Assembly (NCBI GenBank): GCA_002256025.1
Contig: NKIB01014603.1
Span: forward strand, 1 to 42,156
DNA length: 42,156 nt
From: Asterionella formosa
Taxonomy: Eukaryota
Direction: 5' to 3'
Part shown: positions 22,441 through 33,650 of the stretch, one piece after another
How the letters are laid out: every line of letters begins with the position of its first letter
How positions within the stretch are numbered: position 1 is the first letter of the stretch
Made by a program: the position numbers and the translations under genes
The notes under the pieces: generated by a model
Database searches by the model: none
What the model saw: the letters and a program-made list of their open reading frames with translations, nothing else
Told to the model about the DNA's origin: nothing

Positions 22441-24260
22441 ATGAACACCACAATGAAACGAGTCAATGAGCCGCAGCAAGTTAGTGCCTACAGGAGTATC
22501 CTAGTACTAGTATCTGTGATGTCCTACAAAGATTGGACAACATATGACAATGGCAATGAGTTTACTAGTGATGAGCAGCTAAGTAAGATTATGCCCAAGG
22601 ATGTATACAAATGGATGGCAATGAAGGAGTATGGCAATCCTGACCTATGCCCAAGGATGTATACAAATGGATGGCAATGAAGGAGTATGGCAATCCTGAC
22701 CCTGGACAGCATGATGACAATCCAACACTTGGATGTTCGAGTTCCCTGGAATATTACAAGAAGGCCTTGTCATATTTCATTCCTTACAGACTTGCCTCCT
22801 GGAATCCCATGACAAATTCTGGCAACCCAATAAGGTCTCAACCCATCATAGAGGGCAACATCAGCAGTGCGACCACTAGAGGCAGAAGAGTTTGCTTCGA
22901 TATTGAATTTATTACGAAAATACCCTGACATTCTACGACGATTTCAAATGCCTGCTCTATGCACCTTCCAGTTCCACATGATTGGACGCATTGACGATTG
23001 CTGCAAATTATTGAAAGAAAATTTGACAAGCAACCGGCGCTTTCTTCCCTTTATATTGGCAGCTAAGCTCTGCTGGTCAAAGAATGTGAAAGAGGAGCGT
23101 GAGGCACCAAAGCAAGTCCTTATCGGTTCAATGTCTACAATCTACTGTGTTCTACCTACTTTGGCTGTGCACCTTGAAACGTCCATCAAATAAGTGTTTC
23201 GCACCAAACCAGTCGCTTTGTCTTCGATATCCAAACTGACTCCCCCCAAAACACAAAGAACAGAGCATATCGGATCCAGCAAGACGATGTTTGGGTAAAG
23301 AGTGAATTCGAGAAAGTTGTGACAGGTCTCATTGGAACTCACAGCCTCCTAAAATATCCGTCAACGCATGCACGAAGAAATGGATGCTCCAGGGATGATA
23401 TTGACATCTGCGGGCGCTGTAAAAGAAGTACAAGGCAGGTGGATATGTGCATTGATGTAGAGCTCCCCTACCCTGATGCCAAGGTGGCCGCAGCACTTTG
23501 CATTGGTGGAGCATGCAAATATGTCATAAAGGAATCAAAAGGAGTGTCAGACAGCTGGCTTTTACAGTATGTGGTCTCAAATATTTACACTGAGTACGCA
23601 CATGACGTTGCACTGGTGCTGGCACCTCCACTTTTGTGGGCAGTGTTTGAGCCTACACTGCAGGGTTACCTGACTCAATCACTAACACATAGGATTAAAG
23701 CAACTTATGAAACCATCTGTCCTCCTCAGCAGCCAGAACATCGACTACTATACTCCAGTTGAGCGGCGACTGATTGTTGTTAATGGTTCAGAGGTGCAGG
23801 TGTACATTGATGAGGTTGGAGCTGATGTGGAGGCTGCAGTAGATGATAGTGTGGCTGCTGGTGGAATAACAACAGCAACAACCACAGGTGGTGAAAGGGG
23901 TGGTGGAAAACATGCTCGAGCTGCCAGGCATAGTCGAAACGAGATCCTTGGGCTGTGCTCCCAGGAGAGGGTGACACAACATGGGATGAAACAGTTACAA
24001 TTGGTGGGGGACGAAAGGCAGCTAGAATATTTACAAGGGTTGATAGGGGAAGAGTCAAGGTGCAGTATTTTTGGCGCCGGGTTGTGTGGGATACTGTGGC
24101 TGACTTAGTTTGAGCTGGATTCACTGCTCATACTGCAATTGACAAAATATCATGATATGACGAGGCAGGTCTATGGTCAAGATAGAGCAGTAACACAGAT
24201 TGTCAATCAAATGATGCGAGATCATTGCACTGGTGCTGGTCATCCACAGCTTCGCATTAA
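22441..24260 (+). pseudogene. Tyrosine recombinase pseudogene (CryptonS-like)
   Basis: Motifs LEYYKKALSYF, GNPIRS, FQFHMIGRIDD, WSKNVKEEREAP, GTHSLLK, GRC, IDVELPYPDAKVAAALCIGGACKY, and C-terminal GGRKAARIFT..RRVVWD. The expected HxxR Arg, Trp and Tyr positions appear mutated; frameshifts and stops present. Confidence 0.78.
22590..22701 (+). repeat. Perfect 56-bp tandem duplication that frameshifts the recombinase gene
   Basis: 22590-22645 is identical to 22646-22701. Confidence 0.95.
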
Positions 24261-24606
24261 AAAATTGCAGTTACTAGCATACATGATTTTTTACATTAGC
24301 TACATTCATTGCTTGTGTTCACTTCATTTCCGGCATCATGTTGACATCATAGAATGGAAATACCCATAAAATGCGATTGAGTTGTTTGCCCGGTATGTAC
24401 CAAGGTACCTGGTATACCGGCAGCATTAGTAGTACCACCATCTCCCATATTTTTTGCAGAAAGAAAATACACGATGAAGCTAGCAGCAATGGTATGATCA
24501 TTGTCTCTAGCTTGTGCACGGTACCAGTACCAGGTTCTACCGGTAGTCAACTACTACTAGTAGCACTAGTAGCTTCCACAACGGGTTTAACTACGACTAC
24601 GTTCCC

Positions 24607-26276
24607 GTAATTGGTAAAATTACACCCAAGTTGTATTTTCCTGTAGGCCTCTGCTATGTGTCTACTGGGTCATTTTAATACTGCTGGCACGGTATTGATC
24701 TGAAAATACTAGTGGAAGCACCGTGTTACAACAGTATTAACCCGGTTTAACTGGGGGTTTAATTTTTTGGTTTAATTAAACCATAACCGTACGCACGATC
24801 ATCGTAGGAATATACACTGTACGAGAACATGAAATTAGCTATTACACTGTCATGGTACCGGTAGTACACACAAATTAAACCCCATCCTCATTCATTTACC
24901 ATTGGTACTTGGTAACTGGTACCAGGTACTCGGTATTTCGGTATGCAGCAGCGGTAAGGAGAGGAAGGTGTGACTGATGGGACACCAACAGCAGGTGAAG
25001 GAGGGAAGTATGAGCTGCCAGTTTGTTTTTGGAATTATAAACTTGGGTTGTACTCCCAGCAGATCGAGATGCAATGTCGCCTAGTTTTGAAACTAAGGTG
25101 GATGACATCAGCCAGTCGACTCTTGTCTTGAAGGAGTGTTGACTCCTGACTACTAGTTATTGGTGGTAGCAGGAGTGACAAGTATGCAGAATGATGATTG
25201 AGAGTCCAGAAATGCCTCAAATGTGGCGTTTGAAGAAGTTTTCGACAATTAACAAGTTGATGAACCAACAGAAATGATGCAGGATGTGTGTCAAAGAGGT
25301 AGGAGGGAGGAAGCAATTCTGTCAGCATTGCAGTCTTTCTGTTACACCAAAAACTATTTGTTCTTTGGTAGCAATGCAAAAAGTTGGAATTAGGTTTGTA
25401 AGGTGGCTGAAATTTTTACAAGGGTTGAGCAGGATATAGTAAGAAAGGTGGAGTATTGTTGCTTGGCAAAGCGTTGTGTGGGATATGATGACTGCCCTAC
25501 TTTGAGCTGCGTTTTTTTCACTGCCACATTGCAAATTGACAAAATGTATCAGGTATATATTCCAGAGAGAACAGTGCCACAGATTAGATTGCCAATCAAT
25601 TGAGGATATCTGCTGATCATCACACTGGTGGTCATACACAGCTAGTATGTGTTTAGGTTATTATTACACAGATGCATGATTTCATACAACTGTAGCTACA
25701 TTATTTTTTCACTATTTTTCATTTGCTATATATTGATTGTTTTCACTTCATTTCGGGTATATGTGTATTAGACATATACACCCACCCCTATAATAAAAGA
25801 CTTGGTCCTCTATTTACTGTAATATAGTGCTATAGTATATGTACTCGTGGTGACTCCATATTAAGTACTAGGTACTCTAAATACATGAAATGGTCTATTC
25901 CCGCATTCACGTACCCTGGTACGGTACCTGTACCTGGTAACCTGGTAACCAGTCGATACGAGCAAATGGGCGCCGGTACTAGGTACTGGTACCTGGTACC
26001 ACAACCGGTATTGTCGCTAAGAATAGCTTTGTGCACTGTACTGGAGTACTAGTAAACTACTAGTGCTAGCTTCCACTACGGGTTTAACTGGGAGTTTAAT
26101 TTTTTACGACTACCACCATCTCCTATATTTTTTGCAGAAAGAAAATACACGATGACGCTAGCAGCAATGGTATGATCATTGTCTCTAGCTTGTGCACGGT
26201 ACCAGTGCCAGGTTCTACCGGTAGTCAACTACTAACACTAGCTTCCACAACGGGTTTAACTACGACTACGTTCCCG
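24607..26276 (+). mobile_element. Crypton-like unit 2 (shorter, more diverged)
   Basis: Block A' at 24607-24782, C-terminal remnant AEIFTRVE..FTA...IDKMYQVY at about 25400-25640, block B' at 26111-26276. Confidence 0.62.
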
Positions 26277-26485
26277 GTACCCGTACCCTGGTACCAGGAA
26301 CCAACCAGGTATGGTACCTGGTACAGGTAGATTGTTTTCTCTCATTCTTCTGGGCGGAGTACATAAGGATACGTGTATAACCATCATACGAGTACATATT
26401 ATTTCGAGATTGGCTGCTTCAGATGGTTTCATCACGATGTCCAGGCCAACTACAAATTTGTTGACTTTGCCTCCTTTCAGTTAAC

Positions 26486-28858
26486 ATGAAGCAATCGTTC
26501 ACGCTACTGGTAATCGCTGTGCTGATTTCTTTCCAGCTTGTTGGCTTCCACTATCTTTTCCATCCCCTCGTGGAAATCTCTGACGATCGAGAGACAAAAC
26601 CGCACACGCATCAACGACAAGACAGGCAGCCCATTACCATAGCGCTGCTCCGAGCTATAGGAAATGCACTGCCGCCCAGGCATCAAAGTACGCAAACAAT
26701 GGATAACCTCAATTTCACATTGACCTACGAGAAGTCGTTTCCTAATGTCTTCAAACACTGGGTTCTGAACCGTCTCGTGGACAAGGACGTGGAACAACAA
26801 GTGGTGGAGCTGTTGGAACGTCACGAGCAAAACTATACTATCATCCCTTTTGACTTGAAAGAATATTCAGAACTGAAGCTCAACTTTGATTTATTTGAAC
26901 CCGGGGGGCAGCGTGATTATATCCATAGCTCCAAGTATAAGAAGGAAAAATTCGTTCTGTTTGAACAAGCCGTTGAAAGCGCAAAGACACTTTACGTATG
27001 TAACGTGAATGGTGCTCGCAATACAATGATTGACATTGGACTTACAATGGGAGTTACATGGATTCTTCCATGGGACGGAAACTGCTTCGTCACCGATGAT
27101 GCTTTTCTAAATTTGCAAAAAGTGCTTGCCAAGGAGAAAGGAAAATATTTCGTGACCCCTGCTCATAGGGTGGTTGGCGAGAATTCTCAAGTTCTTCACC
27201 CTGAGTACCGACCAGCACGTTCAGAGGAGCCAATGATAAGTTTTCGGAATGACGCTGTAGGCAGATTTCATCCTTTGTTATGGTATGGGCGAAGGAATAA
27301 AGTCGAGATGCTTTTAAGGTTGAAGGTTCCCGGTATTTGGGACAATGCATACAAATTTGCAAAATGGGAAACCGAAAAGTATGTCCCTCCTCTATTATCA
27401 CCTCTAACCGATATTGGTATAGGTAATGTATCACAGTTAGGATGGTCGTTCCGCTTGAATTCTGGAAATCCTCATTTAGAAGTGCTTGGGAAACAATCCA
27501 AACGACAGCTTGCGAGGACAGAAAGCGTTACACTCATGTTCGAAAGACTAGATGACAAGGTTGTAAAGAAATTATTTGCATTCTCAGAGAACTCTCTTCT
27601 TTTCTATAATGAAAGCTCACTAGCTGAAGATCGCCGTCTCTTCAAGTCCAAGGATCCTCAGATTTCATCTCTGCGAGCTCTATTGCTGCAACTTGCTGAC
27701 CACTCGCTTTACCTAGGACCTTGGTCCGTAATGGACAAGCCCAAGAATAACTGCGCATCAAGCAAAAACTGCCATGACTACTTCAGCAGGCATCCCCATA
27801 TTGTAAGTCGGGTTGGAAAAGAAGGGAAGAAGATACTTGTTTCTCAAGAATGGACAATAGTTCCTGATGCTATGCTTGACGGAAACTCCAGTCACTTGTT
27901 TGACAGAACTCGACTTTGTTCGATGCAGTATACAACAACAACCTTGGCATTGGCTTATTTTGTGACTAGGAATATGACTTACGCCTCTCGCGCAGCAGAG
28001 TTAGTTCAAACGTGGTTCATCAGAAATGAAACAAGGATGAATCCGCATATGCAATATGCCCAAGTCGAACCTGGACCCAAGGTCAAAAGTAAACCACCTC
28101 CTCAAGGTATCATAGAGATGAAGGATGTCTACTATTTCCTCGACGCTGTTCGAATTCTACGGCAGGCGGGAACCTTTTCTGACGAGGACCAATTGGCGCT
28201 GCATGAATGGTTCAGGCGTTACTTGTTGTGGCTCGAGGCTTCTAAACAAGGCAAGAAAGAATATTTAGCCATGAACAGTAATGGAGTATACTACGACATT
28301 CAGATAATCACAGTGGCAGCCTTTGTAAACGACACAAAGACAATGTTATGGTATTTGGATCGATCTGTCTCTCGCCTAAAGACACAAGTGAACCAGAGTG
28401 GGGCGATGCCGTGGGAACTTCGTCGAGCAAATTGCGAACACTATCAGCTTGTTGCTCTTCAAGGCTGGTTCACGTTGGCCAGAATCGGCAAGATTGTTGG
28501 GCGCAACTTTTGGGATGCATATCCGGAGGTAGTAGATGGTATGCATCTTTCGGCACTTTGTCGTGCGGCCTACTATGCTATTCCATTTTTTCGACCGAGA
28601 GAAGAATGTCCTGGCAACAAACTATCTCCAAACGCAACACGATGGTGGCCACTATGGTATGAAGCTCAACTCAATTGTCCGGGTCTATCTATGGCGAATG
28701 GAAGTGAGCTATCGGTGGTGATTTCTGAGTCGAAAGGTGGCAAGTTCTTGAAACCTTTCAAAATTGCTCCTCCTTCAAGCCGTTTTAGTATGCCCAGCGT
28801 GTTTCATCCGTATGATGGCATTGCACCTTGGTGGAACCTAGGCCTCTCTGGCAGGTAA
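26486..28858 (+). CDS. Glycosyltransferase-like plus alginate-lyase-like type II membrane protein, paralogue 2
   Basis: Intact intronless 790-aa ORF, colinear with 11907-14306 and carrying the same motifs (NSNG in place of NNIG). Confidence 0.88.
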   Translation: MKQSFTLLVIAVLISFQLVGFHYLFHPLVEISDDRETKPHTHQRQDRQPITIALLRAIGNALPPRHQSTQTMDNLNFTLTYEKSFPNVFKHWVLNRLVDKDVEQQVVELLERHEQNYTIIPFDLKEYSELKLNFDLFEPGGQRDYIHSSKYKKEKFVLFEQAVESAKTLYVCNVNGARNTMIDIGLTMGVTWILPWDGNCFVTDDAFLNLQKVLAKEKGKYFVTPAHRVVGENSQVLHPEYRPARSEEPMISFRNDAVGRFHPLLWYGRRNKVEMLLRLKVPGIWDNAYKFAKWETEKYVPPLLSPLTDIGIGNVSQLGWSFRLNSGNPHLEVLGKQSKRQLARTESVTLMFERLDDKVVKKLFAFSENSLLFYNESSLAEDRRLFKSKDPQISSLRALLLQLADHSLYLGPWSVMDKPKNNCASSKNCHDYFSRHPHIVSRVGKEGKKILVSQEWTIVPDAMLDGNSSHLFDRTRLCSMQYTTTTLALAYFVTRNMTYASRAAELVQTWFIRNETRMNPHMQYAQVEPGPKVKSKPPPQGIIEMKDVYYFLDAVRILRQAGTFSDEDQLALHEWFRRYLLWLEASKQGKKEYLAMNSNGVYYDIQIITVAAFVNDTKTMLWYLDRSVSRLKTQVNQSGAMPWELRRANCEHYQLVALQGWFTLARIGKIVGRNFWDAYPEVVDGMHLSALCRAAYYAIPFFRPREECPGNKLSPNATRWWPLWYEAQLNCPGLSMANGSELSVVISESKGGKFLKPFKIAPPSSRFSMPSVFHPYDGIAPWWNLGLSGR

Positions 28859-29559
28859 TATCAACATGGATTCTTCTATATCTGACGGAAATGATGCAAT
28901 GCGACCAAAATGCTGAATTGGTAGAGTCGTCATTTCTCCAATTGCTCTTTCGAATAGTCTAAAATCGCATCAGCGGTTCAAAGTTGCCAACATTTTGGCT
29001 GGTAGATTTCTCGCACTTTCTCAGTTGTATCTCCGTGCCCCTGGTAAAGCCAAATCCACAAAAATCAGTTTCAACTCTGAGTGTGTTTACTTGTCAGCGC
29101 TAACACAACTTTCAGGCCGCTGCTTTGGAGCTTGCTTCGATGGTATTAATCACAAAAATGACGATCGCCTGCTCCACAAGCTTATCGTTCTCCGTTAAAC
29201 ATGGAAAATGCACACCGTCAATCTGTAGATACGTGCCATTTCGGCGTTGTGTGAAATGTTGATTCATCCGTGTATCCTAGCTCTGCACATGTGATCGGAA
29301 TATCTATTTCCTATGGAGTTATGAGGGATACTGAAAGGCTGCGCTTTCACGTTGGCAAAGCATGCAAACTCTAGTAGCTCCTTGATCTTACAATAAGACT
29401 TATTTCATCATGAGACTGACGAAAATAAATTTTCGGCAACTACCGATAGACTCTTTGCTACCTAACCAGAGAGCTCTAGAGGATACAATACTGGAATAGT
29501 ACCCTCGACGTTTGCTTATTACAGCTCAATTGCTACATTAGGTACGAAGGCCCGGCAGT

Positions 29560-31491
29560 TCACAACAACTTGCATTCACATGGGATTTTCAAATCTCCAA
29601 ACACCTTCGGGAATAAATTAACCTCGCTTGTGGGAAGAAGAGTCTTTAGCATGAGCGGTTGAAAATAGTCTTGCACTACGACTGATCCAGGCTGACCACG
29701 GTTGATTACAATGCCACCTAAGAGTGTGATTTCCGATACCTTCTTCCAAAATCCAACCCTGGCAGTGATGGCATCGATCTGACCACGAAGCAGTTCGTAT
29801 GCCATTTCATACATTTCATACGTAACAAAAGCAACTGTTTCGGCCTCGTCGCCGGCAAGCCTTTTACTAGCCATCCATCCCATCCGGTCTTGGAGCCCTT
29901 TGATAATAAACTCTTCTTCCAAGTCAATTCCATTACCACCAGTTTTCTTCTGTTCCAATATATGCTTGTAGGCACCCACAGCTGCTCCACACGATGAAGT
30001 GACTTTGGTCTGACCCATTCGTTCCACCTTTCCAACTTTGCCTTCTTGAGAAATACCCACATGTGGTCCAAAAAGGATGAAGAGCTTGCCTTCGACCGGA
30101 CAATGACTGACAAAGGCACCAAAGCCAGATAAACCAACATGCGGAAGACCACCAAGGCCACCAAGGTTAAAAACACCACCATTTTGGTCGTCCACCATGA
30201 CTTTGGAAAGTGAAGCAAAAAGACTCTGAGGACCATAGTTGATTTCATCAGAGCACAAGGAAGACCCAAAAAGCACATTGTTTTTCAAGTAGCCTCGAGC
30301 TCGCACTGCAGCAAGGACTCGCAAAGTAAGCTGGGAGTTTTGCATAGCTCCAGGAAAGTACTTTTGGAGAGACGCTTTAAATTCTTCACTCGACGATGTA
30401 GGTTGGTTCAAGTCTATGAACACTTTTCGGTATAAATCAATCTCTCCTTTGGCATTGATACTCTTCATCAGGAGAGGCTGAAAATAGTCTTGACCTCCTC
30501 CGGTTACTCCATGTCCGCGGTTAATCACAATTCCACCAAGGAGGGTGATTTCCGAAACTCTGGTCCAGAAGCCATCCCTCTTTTTGATGACATCCACTTG
30601 AGCGCGAAGAAGATCATATATGAGTTTGAACATCTGCGTGGTCACAAAGGCGACGGCCTCGTCTTCCCCTTCCTGCAGCTCTTTACGCTTTACATTACCA
30701 ATCAAGGTTTCGAGTCTTTCGATAATGAATTCTTCTTGCATGTCCAGCCTGTTTCCAGCAGCTTTGGTCTGGGCAATGATTGCCTTGTATGCACCTACAG
30801 CTGCTCCGCAAGATGTCGACGGAGTGACTTGACCAATTCGTTCAACTTTTCCGACTTTTCCTTCTTGGGATATACCGACGTGAGGTCCAAAGAGAATAAG
30901 GAGCTTGCCGTCCTCGGGACAGTGGCTAACATAAGCTCCCATTCCTGAGACTCCAACGAAGGGAAGGCCACCAAGTCCACCAAGTTTAAATACCCCACCG
31001 CGCTTCAGGTCCACAAAGTTTTTGCTTAGACCCGCAAGAAGGCTATCGGGAGACTCATTAATTTCATCAGAACAGAGGGAAGTCGCAAACAGCACATTAT
31101 CTCGTTTGTAGTTTCGTTCACGTAAAGCGGCAAGGACGAGCAAAGAAATATCTGAGTTTTGCTTGGCTCCAGGAAAGTATCTCTTGACAGCGGCGTCAAA
31201 ATTTAATGTCCCTGGTGGACTGACGGCAAAGACAACGCTGGGATCGAGAAATGCCGCAATCAATGCAGATACTGGAGTCACAATACGCGCCATGCGAGCT
31301 GAAACTCCAAGATTCGATGAAAGCAGGACATCGTTGTCGTCTGATTCACTCGACGACGCAATGGACAAATTAGGAGCACGCACATCACGACGATTGGAAA
31401 CTGTTAGAGCAGAGAATCCCTTCGCAAGAAAAAACTTTCCGAACAGGAGGGTTGAAAGGCAAAGGGCCAGTGCGGGTGTGGTGCGAATCAT
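29560..31491 (-). CDS. Theta-type carbonic anhydrase / LCIB-family protein with two tandem domains, plastid/thylakoid targeted
   Basis: Intact 643-aa ORF. Each domain has YFPGA, SLCSDEIN, LGGLGGLP, FGPHVGIS, SCGAAVGA and LLGGIVINRG. The signal peptide ends at KG|FSA, and a second hydrophobic segment ends at VFA. Confidence 0.92.
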   Translation of the reverse strand: MIRTTPALALCLSTLLFGKFFLAKGFSALTVSNRRDVRAPNLSIASSSESDDNDVLLSSNLGVSARMARIVTPVSALIAAFLDPSVVFAVSPPGTLNFDAAVKRYFPGAKQNSDISLLVLAALRERNYKRDNVLFATSLCSDEINESPDSLLAGLSKNFVDLKRGGVFKLGGLGGLPFVGVSGMGAYVSHCPEDGKLLILFGPHVGISQEGKVGKVERIGQVTPSTSCGAAVGAYKAIIAQTKAAGNRLDMQEEFIIERLETLIGNVKRKELQEGEDEAVAFVTTQMFKLIYDLLRAQVDVIKKRDGFWTRVSEITLLGGIVINRGHGVTGGGQDYFQPLLMKSINAKGEIDLYRKVFIDLNQPTSSSEEFKASLQKYFPGAMQNSQLTLRVLAAVRARGYLKNNVLFGSSLCSDEINYGPQSLFASLSKVMVDDQNGGVFNLGGLGGLPHVGLSGFGAFVSHCPVEGKLFILFGPHVGISQEGKVGKVERMGQTKVTSSCGAAVGAYKHILEQKKTGGNGIDLEEEFIIKGLQDRMGWMASKRLAGDEAETVAFVTYEMYEMAYELLRGQIDAITARVGFWKKVSEITLLGGIVINRGQPGSVVVQDYFQPLMLKTLLPTSEVNLFPKVFGDLKIPCECKLL

Positions 31492-32595
31492 ACTTCTGGC
31501 TTCAGCTAGTTTTGCGATTCAGAATTGACGGGTGAGATCAACGAACGATGCTACGCCCGTATCTTTCCAGGTTGTGCAATACGTCGGTGCAGCTACAGTC
31601 AGTTGAGTGAGGTTGTTGCGCCTGGTGCGTATTGTCTTATAGCTAAGGGGGTGTCGCAGAGACCAAACTGCCAATCGATGAGAGGGACGTGTTGCTGTGG
31701 TTGGTGATACAGTAAAGGGTGATGGTTTGGTGACGGGATTTGACAGAGGTATGAAACCAGCATGGTAAATCTGGTACGGTACCAGGTACCGGGTACCGTA
31801 TTATTGCTGAGATTTGAAGTTTTGGAATGCTGATGACGTACCTGATGATGCAAGCACACCCAGCAGTAGTACCTGGTACCTGGCACCAGGTACCGGTATG
31901 TTTTCTTTGGGTTCCTATAACTACATTATCCATACATGAGTACATGAAAAATTAACAATTTGCCCTTGCTTATTGGCTTGATACGCACCATCTACATACC
32001 GGTATGTACGGAGTACTCGGCATATGGATCGCTCCCACACATATCATACTCCCTCAATTTTTAATCATCATAAGGACATTTATACCGGTATACCAATAAT
32101 TGTTCCTTAGTATAATAATTACCGCTAACGTATAAACCATGCGTGCATACGTACGTGTGAAAATATGTAGGTAGTGTTTGAACACGAGTTGGGCGATTAC
32201 GATACCAGGGGTACCTGATAGTAAGTAGAGCACCAGAAGAATCAGGGAGGAAATTGGCGATGTGACGAGGATTCAAAAATACTGCATAAGGAACTCCTCC
32301 GTGTACGATGTTACATACTATCGTTGCGTTTACACATAGTTAGTATGTACAAATTAGGTTGTGACAAGAAGCTAGAAGATATGGTACGCACTTGGCGTAC
32401 ATGTAATGCATAAAAGAAACAGATGTGCTCCCAATGATAAATACCAGTACATGTCGTATGTAGAAATCCGACAGGTGTCAGGTGCAAGACATAGTTTTCA
32501 CACCATGACATGTGCTCCGTTGTTTTTGTATGAGCTATACTGTACAAATTAAGTGAAGATACCAGGTACCAGGTGGCGGAAAGCGATGTAGTTGA

Positions 32596-32646
32596 TGACG
32601 CAAGGAAGACGTCAGTGATTGTCATGCGCTGGTGATGCTCACGTCA
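32596..32646. promoter_or_regulatory. Cluster of three CCRE-like (TGACGT/C) motifs upstream of the double-domain theta-CA
   Basis: TGACGC at 32596-32601, ACGTCA at 32609-32614 and ACGTCA at 32641-32646; another TGACGT at 31834-31839. About 1.1 kb from the ATG, so function is uncertain. Confidence 0.3.
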
Positions 32647-33189
32647 CAATATCGTAGGTTGAAGGCGACGCACGAACAGAAAAATTGTTGTTGGCCGACC
32701 CCCGAGAACGGCCGAGGCAACAAACATTTCCTATCATGCTGTCGTATTGGTATACTACGATGTACCAGTTATAAAATGGCATTGAGCCACATTATTATTG
32801 TATCGTTTTCCGACTAATTCTAGAATTAGCTAAAATCGATCCCCTCTTTTGCCCATTGGCGCGATGTTAGTTAGTTCATTAAGCTACGTGAGAATTAGAT
32901 CATTTTTTACTTGAACATATGTTTACTGAGATCTATCCATTTTAAAAGTGACAAAACCGGTCAAAGTGGCTCAAAGTCATTGATTAAAATTGTAGTAGTT
33001 ATTTTATAGGCAACGGTTAGAAAATATCATATGCATCGTTTGCATTTTTTTCGCAGTACCGGTAGTTGCATCATTATTATACTGGTGGTCATCCCATTTT
33101 ATCTTGTTGGTTCCATCAAAGACTCCTTTAATAGTTTTCGCAGTTTTCGCAGTAGTTGTTGCATTGCCCATTCTTAGACTGGTGGTTCT

Positions 33190-33650
33190 CCCATCATATC
33201 TTGTCATGTAATTGAAGCAACTGAAGGGTGAGGAAGTGGTGGCACCATTGCAGTTGTAACTGGTAGACCTACTGCAGCGTGGCCATGCACCATGGTGTCA
33301 TGGTATCTGGTAAGTAGAAGTTGCTTCATTGTTGGTAATGGAAGATCGCCTGCTCGCTTGTACCACCAGTACCACGTTGCCATTGTTTTCGTTTGTGTCA
33401 CTGTCCACTCTGCAGGCTGTTTGTTTAGAGTTCTGATTGCATAAACCTTGTTTGCAAGCAAGCGCCGAGTGTGCATCTATTTTCTTATTCTCTCGCTCAC
33501 TCTGCACTTCTTCTTCCTGATGCCTCATGATCTCTTCTTGTCAGCTGGTCATCAACCACTTCAGGAGTTGAACTAGCTACCTGCCTGCAGTGACATGAAG
33601 ACCAGCTGTGTGTCGCTTAGTTCTTGCAATCGCCCTTAGGGCCAATACCA
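33190..33650 (-). pseudogene. Probable C-terminal fragment of a DNA transposase
   Basis: A K/E-rich stretch followed by KQPAEWTVTQ.K....W.KRAGDLPLPTMKQLLLTRY, a tail motif I associate with stramenopile DDE transposases. Frameshifted. Confidence 0.4.

Larger units (their letters stand above)
22132..24606 (+). mobile_element. Crypton-like (CryptonS-type) tyrosine-recombinase transposon, unit 1, degenerate
   Basis: Contains the recombinase pseudogene. Bounded by block A (22132-22317) and block B (24433-24606), both repeated in unit 2. Confidence 0.72.

Noticed and set aside
22132..24782. A/A' direct repeats as retrotransposon LTRs
   Set aside because: No RT, integrase, PBS or PPT. The interior is a tyrosine recombinase and A' is followed by a second Crypton remnant.
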